This document shows, piece by piece, positions 11,698 to 20,361 of a stretch of DNA of 64,000 nucleotides; within the stretch, counting starts at the first letter, position 1; each line of letters opens with the position of its first letter. This DNA is from Gemmatimonadales bacterium (GTDB lineage: Bacteria > Gemmatimonadota > Gemmatimonadetes > Gemmatimonadales > GWC2-71-9): assembly GCA_037189525.1 (NCBI GenBank), contig JBBCJC010000003.1, positions 608,001-672,000 of the forward strand, read 5' to 3'. The position numbers were made by a program, and so were the translations under genes. A model generated the notes under the pieces. That model saw only the letters and a program-made list of their open reading frames with translations, ran no database searches and was not told the origin of the DNA.

Positions 11698-12617
11698 GGC
11701 TCGTCCTCAGCAAGTGGGGCACCGGTGAGCAGACGATAGGCCTCGAGGTAGCGCCGGCTGGTGGCATCGACGACTTCGGGCGGCAAAGGCGGAGGCGGCG
11801 CTTCCATGTTCCAGCGCCCGGCCCGCTGGAGATCCTGGAGGTAATCGCGGAGCGGCTGCTTGTCGAAGCTCGGCTGGGCGCGGCCGGGAGCATACCGGTC
11901 TTCGGGCCAGAAACGGGACGAGTCCGGCGTGAGCACTTCGTCGATCAGACGCAAGGTGCCGTCCGGGTCCAGGCCGAATTCGAACTTGGTGTCGGCGATG
12001 ATGATGCCGCGGGTGGCCGCATGATCCCGGCCGGCGCGATAGATCGCCTGGCTCCGCGCTTCGAGCTGCGCGGTAAAGTCGGCGCCGAGCGCTTGCGCGA
12101 CATCCTCGGGCGTCACATTGATGTCGTGGCCCGAGGCGGCCTTCGTAGCCGGCGAAAAGACCGGCGTCGGGAAGGGGTCGCTTTCGCGCAGCCCCGGAGG
12201 CAGTGGCGCGCCGGCCAGCGTGCCGGTTGCTGCGTACTCTTTCCAGGCCGACCCCGAGATGTAGCCACGAATCACGCACTCGAACAGCACCGGCTCGGTA
12301 CGCCGCACCAGCATGGCGCGCCCGAACAGCTGGCGTCGCTCACCGGCCAGGGCCGGAATCTCACGGACGATTCGATCGACATCGGCGGTCAGGAAGTGGG
12401 TCGGACCGAGCGGCGCCAGCTTGGCAAACCAGAAGGCCGAGAGCTGGGTGAGAACGGCGCCTTTCCGCGGAATGGTCTCGTTCATGACGATATCGAACGC
12501 GCTGACCCGGTCGCTGGCGACCAGCAGCAGACGGTCGGCGTCGACTTCATACACTTCGCGTACCTTGCCGCGTCGCAGCAACGGCAGCGGAAGCGAACTG
12601 GCCGTGAGCGCGGTCAT
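11694..12617 (-). CDS. purC: SAICAR synthetase
   Basis: RGKVREVY, SDRVSAFD, IADTKFEFG, DEVLTPDSSRFW, SFDKQ; start reassigned to ATG 12617. Confidence 0.97.
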   Translation of the reverse strand: MTALTASSLPLPLLRRGKVREVYEVDADRLLLVASDRVSAFDIVMNETIPRKGAVLTQLSAFWFAKLAPLGPTHFLTADVDRIVREIPALAGERRQLFGRAMLVRRTEPVLFECVIRGYISGSAWKEYAATGTLAGAPLPPGLRESDPFPTPVFSPATKAASGHDINVTPEDVAQALGADFTAQLEARSQAIYRAGRDHAATRGIIIADTKFEFGLDPDGTLRLIDEVLTPDSSRFWPEDRYAPGRAQPSFDKQPLRDYLQDLQRAGRWNMEAPPPPLPPEVVDATSRRYLEAYRLLTGAPLAEDEP

Positions 12618-14053
12618 ACCGTCACCTCCGGAGCCGGCGCGTCCGCGGCGACGGCGGATGCCCGGTCGAGCAGCGGGAGGAAAAACTCCCGGAGAAATTC
12701 CGCGGTCTGCTCGGGCGCCCGTCCGACGTATCGAGCCGGGTCGAGCTCGGCGCGCAGCTGCGCCACCGGCACCGAGGCAAACTCGGGCGCCACGGCCAGT
12801 CGTTCGAGCAAGTCGTTCGGACCGCCTTCGCTGACCTGCTTGGCAACCGCATGGCTCGCCTGGCGAATCACTTCGTGCAGTTCCTGGCGATCGCCGCCGG
12901 CCCGGACTCCGACCATCATCCACCGCTCGGTGGCCATGAACGGCATCTGATCGGCGACATGCCGCGCGATCACCCCTTCCCGGACTTCGAGGCCGGCCGC
13001 GATGTTGGTCGCCAGAATCAGGACCGCGTCGGTGGCCAGGAACGCCTCGGGCAGCGTGAGCCGGCGGTTGGCGCTGTCGTCGAGCGTGCGCTCGAGCCAC
13101 TGGGTCGCCGCGGTATGCGCGGTATTGCCCGTCAGCGAGATGACGAACCGCGCCAGCGCATTGATCCGCTCGGCGCGCATCGGGTTCCGCTTGTACGCCA
13201 TGGCGCTCGAACCGATCTGCTCCGACTCGAACGGTTCGAGCAGCTCACCTTCGTGCTGCAGCAGGCGCAGATCCGAAGCCATCTTCGAAGCCGACTGCGT
13301 GATCCCGCTCAGCAGATCGAGAATCTGGGCATCGGCCTTCCGGCTGTAGGTCTGGCCGGTCACGGGAAACGACGCTGAGAAGCCGAGCCGGCGAGTGACG
13401 GCGCGGTCGAGCTCCCGCACCTTGTCGTGGTCGCCGTGGAACAGTTCGAGGAAGGAGGCCTGGGTGCCGGTCGTGCCCTTGCAGCCGCGAGTGCGCAGCG
13501 CCTCCAGCCGATGGAGCATTTCTTCGATGTCCAGCGCGATGTCCTGGGCCCACAGGGTGGCCCGCTTGCCGACCGTCGTGAGCTGCGCAGGCTGGAAGTG
13601 GGTGTAGGCCAGACAGGGCAGGGAAGCGTAGCGCTCCGCAAAGCCGGCCAGGGCGCGTCCCAGCGCCACTAGGCGACCCAAGAGGAGGCGCAGGCCGTCC
13701 CGCATCACCATCATGTCCGCGTTGTCGGTCACGAAGGCGCTGGTGGCACCCAGGTGGATGAACGGCCGTGCTGCCGGAGCCTGCTCACCCAGCGCATGTA
13801 CGTGCGCCATCACGTCGTGGCGGAACCGTCGTTCGAATTGGGCCGCCTGAGCCAGATCGCAGTCGTCGAGATGGGCCCGAATCTGTTCCAGCGCCTCGTC
13901 GGGAATCGCGATGCCCAGCTCCCGCTCCGCTTCAGCCAGGGCCAGCCAGATCCGGCGCCAGAGCCCGACTTTGTATCGCTCGCTCCACAGGAGTTGCATC
14001 GCGGGCGAGGCGTATCGGGTTCCCAACGGGGAGTTGTAGCGGGGCTCGGTCAT
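12614..14053 (-). CDS. purB: Adenylosuccinate lyase
   Basis: HDVMAHV, IHLGATS, THFQPAQ, GSSAMAYKRNP, WLERTLDDSANRR. Confidence 0.96.
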   Translation of the reverse strand: MTEPRYNSPLGTRYASPAMQLLWSERYKVGLWRRIWLALAEAERELGIAIPDEALEQIRAHLDDCDLAQAAQFERRFRHDVMAHVHALGEQAPAARPFIHLGATSAFVTDNADMMVMRDGLRLLLGRLVALGRALAGFAERYASLPCLAYTHFQPAQLTTVGKRATLWAQDIALDIEEMLHRLEALRTRGCKGTTGTQASFLELFHGDHDKVRELDRAVTRRLGFSASFPVTGQTYSRKADAQILDLLSGITQSASKMASDLRLLQHEGELLEPFESEQIGSSAMAYKRNPMRAERINALARFVISLTGNTAHTAATQWLERTLDDSANRRLTLPEAFLATDAVLILATNIAAGLEVREGVIARHVADQMPFMATERWMMVGVRAGGDRQELHEVIRQASHAVAKQVSEGGPNDLLERLAVAPEFASVPVAQLRAELDPARYVGRAPEQTAEFLREFFLPLLDRASAVAADAPAPEVTV

Positions 14054-15483
14054 CGGAACGAAAGATCCACGTAAGAGTAGGCGCCGGCCCGTTCGAAGAA
14101 GATCCGGAACAGCGCATTCGAGCCCATCGACTCGAGCATGCCTGCTACCTGCGCTGCCGTCCGGACTTCGGTCCGGTTGATGGCGATCAGGACATCGCCT
14201 TCCATCAGCCCGGTGGCCCGGCTGACTTCCGGAGTAATCCGGTAGATCAGCGCACCCCGGTCGCGGCGGAGCCGGCGTTCCGCCATCACGCTCGGGTTGA
14301 CGGTGATCAGCTCGAGACCGCGGATCACGCTGACTTTGGCGGCGGTGACGCTGGGCAAGTCGCCCGTGACGATCCGACGTGTTTCGAGCGCCGCGGCCGC
14401 GCCGCGCTTGAAGCGCAGCGAGACGGTGTCGCCGACGTGGAGGTCGAGCTTGACGGCTTCCCAATCGAGATAGTTGCGGAGCTGGCGACCGTTCGCTTCG
14501 ACCAGCACCGCCCCCGGCTCGATACCGGCCTTGGCCGCGGGGCCGTCCGCCGTCACATCCACGACGCGCACGCCGCCCGACCGCTTCCAGTCGCGCATGG
14601 TCGAGGCGTCGCCCACCGTAAGACCGGTCCAGGCCCGCCGAACTGCGCCGTTCCGGATGATTTCATCGGCTACCCGGATCACCCGTTCGATCGGAATGGC
14701 AAAGCCGATTCCGGTCGAGCCGGCGGTGGTCGAGAGGATGAACGAGTTGACGCCGACCACTTCGCCAAGCGAATTGGTCAGCGGGCCGCCCGAGTTACCC
14801 TGGTTGATCGCGGCGTCGGTCTGAATCATGTCCAGATAGAGGCCGGACAGGGTGTTGTTCGGCAGCACGTTCCGACCGAGCGCGCTGACGACCCCCGCCG
14901 TCACGGTCGGCTCGGCGTTGCCAAGCAGATAGGTGTAGGGATTACCCAGCGCCACGACCCACTCGCCGATCATCAGGTCGGTACTGCGTCCGATCTGGAC
15001 TGCGGGCAGCGTCTGATCGACCTTGAGCACCGCAATGTCGGTGGTCGGATCTTCACCCAGCAGCGTGGCGGGCAGGTCGGTGCCGTCGGGCAGCGATACC
15101 GTAATCGAGTCGGCGCCTTCGACCACATGCTGGTTGGTGACGATGATCCCGTTCGGCTTGGCGACGAAGCCGGTGCCGTAACCCTGAACGGTTCGTTCGG
15201 TCGTCTGCGGCACGAAGAAGGAGAAGAAATCGCTCGGCTCGCCGGCGGCCACGCGGCGCCGCGAGAGCACGCTGATCGAGACGACCGAAGGAGCGACCCG
15301 CGTCACCGCATCGACGATCGCGGTTTTACGGCTGGTGTCGATGGACGACGAAGACGTCGCCGCTCGCTGGGCACTGGCCTGGTCGCCGAGCGGGGCAGCA
15401 TCCTGTTGCCGATCGGAGCACGCCACGAAGGCGCCTGCGAGCAGCAGGGACGCGATCAGGAAGCGAAGGGAGGCGCGAACCAT
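14050..15483 (-). CDS. HtrA/DegP-type trypsin-like protease with two PDZ domains, probable lipoprotein
   Basis: TNQHVV, TDIAVL, QTDAAINQGNSGGPL; signal peptide ending FVAC. Confidence 0.92.
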   Translation of the reverse strand: MVRASLRFLIASLLLAGAFVACSDRQQDAAPLGDQASAQRAATSSSSIDTSRKTAIVDAVTRVAPSVVSISVLSRRRVAAGEPSDFFSFFVPQTTERTVQGYGTGFVAKPNGIIVTNQHVVEGADSITVSLPDGTDLPATLLGEDPTTDIAVLKVDQTLPAVQIGRSTDLMIGEWVVALGNPYTYLLGNAEPTVTAGVVSALGRNVLPNNTLSGLYLDMIQTDAAINQGNSGGPLTNSLGEVVGVNSFILSTTAGSTGIGFAIPIERVIRVADEIIRNGAVRRAWTGLTVGDASTMRDWKRSGGVRVVDVTADGPAAKAGIEPGAVLVEANGRQLRNYLDWEAVKLDLHVGDTVSLRFKRGAAAALETRRIVTGDLPSVTAAKVSVIRGLELITVNPSVMAERRLRRDRGALIYRITPEVSRATGLMEGDVLIAINRTEVRTAAQVAGMLESMGSNALFRIFFERAGAYSYVDLSFR

Positions 15484-16235
15484 TCCTCTGAATACACCGC
15501 GGTTACGAAGTAGAGACCCTCGGCCGGCGCCGGCGGACTGGTCCGGACGTCGGCGGCCCGAGCCAGCAGCCGGTCGAGATCGTCGAGCGGTCGGCGTCCG
15601 AGTGCGATATCCACCGACGTGCCGACCAGCATGCGCACCATGTGGTGCAGGAAGCGGTTGGCAGCGATGGCAAACGTCACCCCGGCTCCATCCGGGCGCT
15701 CGGTCCATTCGGCCTGGCGGATCTCGCATCGCGTGTGCGGCGGATGCGACCGCAGAACCGAAAGGGCGGCGAAATCATGTTCGCCCGGCAAGCGACTCGC
15801 GCAGGTTCGCAATAGCGCGAGGTCGAGCGGGATCCCCAAGGCCCATTCATAAGGCCGCCGGAACGGGGATCGGGCCAGGCGATCGGTGCCGATCTGATAT
15901 CGATACCGTCGTTCGGTCGCCGAGCGCCGGGCATGAAACCCTTCACGTGCTTCCCGGACCGCGGTCACGAAACAGTCGCGGGGCGCCAGCGCGTTCATGG
16001 CTCGCTCTAACGCAGCCGGGGTCCAGCGATCCGGGAGAGCGAAGCTGATCGCCATTCCCAAAGCGTGGACCCCGGCGTCGGTTCGGCCTGCCGCGTGCAC
16101 GCGCACCGGTTGGCCCGCGAGCCGCTGGAGTACCGCCTCCAGCTCGGTCTGTACCGCGCGTCCTTCTCGCTGACGTTGCCAGCCGACGAAGTCGGTGCCG
16201 TCGAATTGGAGCGTCGCGAGAAACGTTCGCGGCAT
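15456..16235 (-). CDS. truA: tRNA pseudouridine(38-40) synthase
   Basis: FDGTDFVGWQRQ, AGRTDAGVHA, FLHHMVR, APAEGLY. Confidence 0.96.
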   Translation of the reverse strand: MPRTFLATLQFDGTDFVGWQRQREGRAVQTELEAVLQRLAGQPVRVHAAGRTDAGVHALGMAISFALPDRWTPAALERAMNALAPRDCFVTAVREAREGFHARRSATERRYRYQIGTDRLARSPFRRPYEWALGIPLDLALLRTCASRLPGEHDFAALSVLRSHPPHTRCEIRQAEWTERPDGAGVTFAIAANRFLHHMVRMLVGTSVDIALGRRPLDDLDRLLARAADVRTSPPAPAEGLYFVTAVYSEEWFAPPFAS

Positions 16236-16370
16236 CGTCATTAATGTAGCGCAAGACAGGGGGGAAACAAAGCCGGGTGTGGTCCGGAAAACCGGGGTCC
16301 TGGCGACGAAAAACCCCGCGATCGGCCAGCCAGCCGACCACGGGGCACCTGATGATCCGGCGGCGGAGAA

Positions 16371-16979
16371 TCAGTACTTCCGAATGACCCCGACCACCAC
16401 ACCCTGAACCATGACGTCGCTTTCCGGCACCCGAATCGGCTGCATGGTCGCGTTGGCTGGCTGGAGCCGGACCCAGCCGCCGCTTTCCCGGTAGTACCGT
16501 TTGACTGTGGCCTCGGCGCCGTTGACCAGCGCAATGACCATTTCTCCGTTATCGGCGGTTTGCCGTCCGTGAACCACGACGAGGTCGCCGTCGATGACGT
16601 GATCATCGATCATCGAGTTGCCCCGGACCCGGAGAGCGTAATTCGGTCCTCGGCGGCTCAACATCTGATCGGGCACCGACACCATTTCACCATGCACGGC
16701 TGCCTCGATCGGCAAGCCGGCGGCGACCAGGCCCAGGAGCGGGATTTCGGTCGCTCCGGCTGCGCCTTTGGGCGGCAGGACTTCGATGGACCGACTCTCG
16801 TTATAGGTGCGCCGGATGTACCCTTTGCGTTCGAGATTGGTCAGGTGCTCGTGCACCGTCGCCAGTGACTGGAAGGCAAACTGCTCGGCGATTTCCTCGA
16901 AACTTGGCGCATAGCCATACTGGCGAATGTGCTGCTCGAGGTAGGTCAGGATTTCCCGCTGGCGTCGTGTCAGCGCCAT
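16371..16979 (-). CDS. lexA: SOS repressor LexA
   Basis: LTRRQREIL wHTH, VAAGLP Ala-Gly cleavage site, VRGNSM (Ser), ATVKR (Lys); RBS GGAGG upstream. Confidence 0.97.
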   Translation of the reverse strand: MALTRRQREILTYLEQHIRQYGYAPSFEEIAEQFAFQSLATVHEHLTNLERKGYIRRTYNESRSIEVLPPKGAAGATEIPLLGLVAAGLPIEAAVHGEMVSVPDQMLSRRGPNYALRVRGNSMIDDHVIDGDLVVVHGRQTADNGEMVIALVNGAEATVKRYYRESGGWVRLQPANATMQPIRVPESDVMVQGVVVGVIRKY

Positions 16980-17029
16980 AATTGGTCCTCCGGAGGTCGG
17001 CCGCAGTTTCGGAGACCCGAAACAATGCC

Positions 17030-17058
17030 AAAGTACCCGAACGGGTACCGAAGCGCAA
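17030..17058 (-). promoter_or_regulatory. lexA sigma70 promoter with candidate LexA operator in the spacer
   Basis: Minus strand TTGCGC-17 nt-TACTTT, overlapped by CTTC-N7-GTTC (17053-17039) and the palindrome GTACCCG-AA-CGGGTAC (17033-17048). Confidence 0.65.
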
Positions 17059-17166
17059 GCCGTCCCGATCGGTTCGGCATGCCATTGGCGGCTTATTATC
17101 TTGTGCTGATCGCTGTCCGGGCACGGGGGTGCCGGCCGGCGGGTACCAGATGCCATCGACGACGCG

Positions 17167-18888
17167 TTGCCTTTGGGGGGCCGCCTGACGGATGCTGTCC
17201 GCTCCGCGGGAGATCTCGATCTTCCGCTCCCGCCACAGCAGGTCGAGGAACTGATCCGAACCGTCGTCAAGGCGGTGCGGGCGTTCCAGATGTATCTCCC
17301 CAACAACCCCATCTATCAGCGTTCGATCGACGCGTTGCGCGCCGCTTTCAATCCGATCTGGGCCAACGTTGCGTCCCTGACGCTCAAGGTGGTCGAAACC
17401 GATCTGGTCTGGGAAGACCAGGTGGTCTATCACCAGCCGATTCGGACCGAGAGCTTTGCATGGAGTCTCTATAAAGACGGACTCCGGTTGCTGGTTTTAC
17501 GCCCCGGTGTCGAGGATGAGGAGCTGGCGGTCTTTCTGCAGACCATCGTTCGTGCCCGGCTGCTGGCGCCCGATGCGGGCGACGACCTCCTGACGCTGCT
17601 CTGGGAGCACGACTACACCTTCCTCGACTACCGGTTTGCCGAGATCGTGACGGAAACGCTCACGGTGCTCGATCCGCAGGCAATCGAGATGGGTATCGGT
17701 CCGGATCCCTATCAGCAGACCCAGACCCAGCAGCGGATTCGCGATGAACTGGGCTCGATCGGCCCGGGAATCGTCGATCTCGACGAGTTCGACTCGACTC
17801 TGTACTTCCTCGATGAAGTCGAGATCAACGCGCTCAAGCGTCAGGTCGACGAGGAGTACGAGCGCGACATCCGCACCTCGGCGCTCTCGGCGCTGCTCGA
17901 CATCTTCGAATTGCAGGTCAACACCGCCGTGCGCGAAGAGGTCATCTCGGTGCTCGAGTCGGTCTTTCCCAATCTCCTCAACCGCGGCGAGTTCCGAGTC
18001 GTGGCGTGGCTGTTGCGGGAACTGCGGCTGATCGGACATCGGGTTGCGGCCATCGACCCGGCGGTCCGCGGCAAGCTGGACTCGTTCGAGAATCGGCTCA
18101 GCGAACCGGCCTTGCTCGCCCAGATGCTGCAGGCGGTGGACGAAGCCGTGGGTTCGGTCCAGGACGAAGACATGACCGAGCTGCTCAAAGAATTGCGGGT
18201 GCCGGCGCTCGAACCGCTGCTGGTCCATCTGGGCGGCGTGCGCAACGAGCGGGCTCGCAACATCCTGGAGCAGGCGGCCGATCGGATCGTTCGGGGCCAT
18301 ATCGATGAGTTTCTCGGGTTGCTTCGCCGGCGCGACTTCGCGGCCCTGACGGGCGCGATCGGGATCGTGCGGCGGATCGAACTGCAGCCCGCCATCGGCG
18401 CGCTGGGCGATCTGGTGGGTCATCAGGATCCGGCCGTTCGGCTGGCCGCGGTAGAAACGCTGGGCCAGCTGGGCACGCCCGGTGCTCTCTCGCTGCTCGA
18501 GCGCGGGGTCGACGATGCCGATCGGTCCGTGCGGCTGGCGGCGGTCGGGATCGTTGCGAATCGCGGCTACAAGGGTGCGCTCAAGCGTCTCGAAGCGGTG
18601 GTGCAGGGCAAAGGGCCGCATGAACTCGAGCGCGCCGAGCGGCGTCAGTTCTTCGAAGCGTTTGCGGTGGTTGCCGGGCCGAAGGGGTTGCCGATGCTCG
18701 CGGAAATTCTCGAGCCGAAGGGTATGTTCCGTCGTAAGGAGTCGCCGGACACGCGAACCTGCGCCGCCTATGCCATTGCCAGGATCAAAACCGCCGAAGC
18801 GCGAGACGTCCTCGAACGGGTAGCGGCCGACAAGGAACTGTCGGTGCGGAATGCAGTGACGCGAGCGCTGCGGGAGTGGGACGCGTGA
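17167..18888 (+). CDS. HEAT-repeat protein with uncharacterised N-terminal domain
   Basis: C-terminal HEAT/PBS-lyase repeats (DPAVRLAAVETLG, DRSVRLAAV, LSVRNAVTRAL); exact start uncertain. Confidence 0.85.
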   Translation: MPLGGRLTDAVRSAGDLDLPLPPQQVEELIRTVVKAVRAFQMYLPNNPIYQRSIDALRAAFNPIWANVASLTLKVVETDLVWEDQVVYHQPIRTESFAWSLYKDGLRLLVLRPGVEDEELAVFLQTIVRARLLAPDAGDDLLTLLWEHDYTFLDYRFAEIVTETLTVLDPQAIEMGIGPDPYQQTQTQQRIRDELGSIGPGIVDLDEFDSTLYFLDEVEINALKRQVDEEYERDIRTSALSALLDIFELQVNTAVREEVISVLESVFPNLLNRGEFRVVAWLLRELRLIGHRVAAIDPAVRGKLDSFENRLSEPALLAQMLQAVDEAVGSVQDEDMTELLKELRVPALEPLLVHLGGVRNERARNILEQAADRIVRGHIDEFLGLLRRRDFAALTGAIGIVRRIELQPAIGALGDLVGHQDPAVRLAAVETLGQLGTPGALSLLERGVDDADRSVRLAAVGIVANRGYKGALKRLEAVVQGKGPHELERAERRQFFEAFAVVAGPKGLPMLAEILEPKGMFRRKESPDTRTCAAYAIARIKTAEARDVLERVAADKELSVRNAVTRALREWDA

Positions 18889-20354
18889 CGGGCGACGAGA
18901 ATCGGACCCGCCCGGGCGGGCGCGAAGCCGGCGACGAAGGGTTCATCCGATCCTCGGGCCGGGGCTTGTTGCTCGCGTTGCATTCGGCGTTACGGTCGCT
19001 CAAGCTGTACCCGGTCGAGAACGCGACCGTGCAAAAGTCACTCGACGAGCTGCAGGCGCAGGCAACGGCGTTCGTTGCCTCGGAACAGGAAATCGAGCTC
19101 CGCCTCTCCGGCGACTTCATGTTCCTGAACGGCGTCCGGTTGCGGCTCGAACTCGACAACTTTGCGGCGTTCAGCGGCGTCGTGTCGATCCTGCGAGCCT
19201 TCGACATCGGGGTCCTGCGAGTTCACGGTGGGATCGAGCGGCGCGAGTGGCTCGCCTTCCTGAGCATCATGCTCCACCTCGCTGCGCAGCCGGCGGACGA
19301 TCGCTACGTCATGCTGCTCGAGCGGATGTCGGGCGCGGCGCTGCCGAACCTCGAACTCGAACCGAGCGCCGAAGCGTCGGAAGACATCGGGGGCGAGCAG
19401 GAGGCCAAGGAAGTCGCCAAACGCACCTACGCGCAGGGCGTGGCCGTTACCAAGGAGGTCGTCAACTCGATCCGAATGGGGCGGACGTCGAGCCTCAAGA
19501 AGGTCAAGCGGGCAGTGCAGATGATCGTCGACCAGGTCCTCAACAACGAGACCTCGATCATCGGCCTGACCACACTCCGCGACTATGACGAATACACCTT
19601 CATGCATTCGGTCAACGTCTGCATCTTTGCCGTGGCCCTGGGGCGAAAGATCGGGTTCAGCAAGCTGCAGCTCTACGATCTGGGCATGACGGCGCTGCTG
19701 CACGACATCGGCAAGGCGCGGGTGCCGATCGAGATCACCAACAAGACGACGGGCCTGGAAGAGTTCGAGTGGCGTGAAATGCAGGCGCATCCCTGGCGCG
19801 GCGCCATGACGTTGTTCAGCCTCCGCGGATATGACGAGATACCGTACCGGCCGATCCTGGTCGCCTACGAGCATCATATGAAGATCGACCTGTCGGGATA
19901 TCCGCGCATCGTTCGGCCGCGGGCGCTCGGTCTCTTCTCGCGGATCGTCGCGGTGGCCGACGGTTTCGATGCCGCCACGACGCGGCGCAGCTACCAGACC
20001 ACGCCGATCGAGCCGGACCAGGTTCTCAAGGAGATGTGGAGCAACCCGCGGCGCGGCTACGACCCGATGATCGTCAAGGCGCTGATCAATCTGATCGGGG
20101 TGTATCCGATCGGGACCTGCGTCATTCTCGATACCTTCGAAGTCGGTATCGTGGCGTCGACCGTGACCGATCGCGATCAGCTGAATCGTCCCGAAGTGCG
20201 GATCGCGATCGACGCCAATGGAGGTGTCGTTCCGCCGCCCGGGCTCGCCGTGGATCTGCAGGACGTCGATGCCGCCGGCAACTTCGTTCGCTCGATCGTG
20301 AAGGTGACGAGTCCTGATCGCTACGGGCTCGTGCCCGGCGACTTCTTCGTCTGA
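18885..20354 (+). CDS. HD-GYP-type cyclic-dinucleotide phosphodiesterase
   Basis: DEYTFMHSVNV, LLHDIGK, HPWRG, EHHMKIDLSGYP, VADGFDA..RRSY; GTG overlaps HEAT stop. Confidence 0.9.
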   Translation: MTGDENRTRPGGREAGDEGFIRSSGRGLLLALHSALRSLKLYPVENATVQKSLDELQAQATAFVASEQEIELRLSGDFMFLNGVRLRLELDNFAAFSGVVSILRAFDIGVLRVHGGIERREWLAFLSIMLHLAAQPADDRYVMLLERMSGAALPNLELEPSAEASEDIGGEQEAKEVAKRTYAQGVAVTKEVVNSIRMGRTSSLKKVKRAVQMIVDQVLNNETSIIGLTTLRDYDEYTFMHSVNVCIFAVALGRKIGFSKLQLYDLGMTALLHDIGKARVPIEITNKTTGLEEFEWREMQAHPWRGAMTLFSLRGYDEIPYRPILVAYEHHMKIDLSGYPRIVRPRALGLFSRIVAVADGFDAATTRRSYQTTPIEPDQVLKEMWSNPRRGYDPMIVKALINLIGVYPIGTCVILDTFEVGIVASTVTDRDQLNRPEVRIAIDANGGVVPPPGLAVDLQDVDAAGNFVRSIVKVTSPDRYGLVPGDFFV

Positions 20355-20361
20355 GTAGTCG

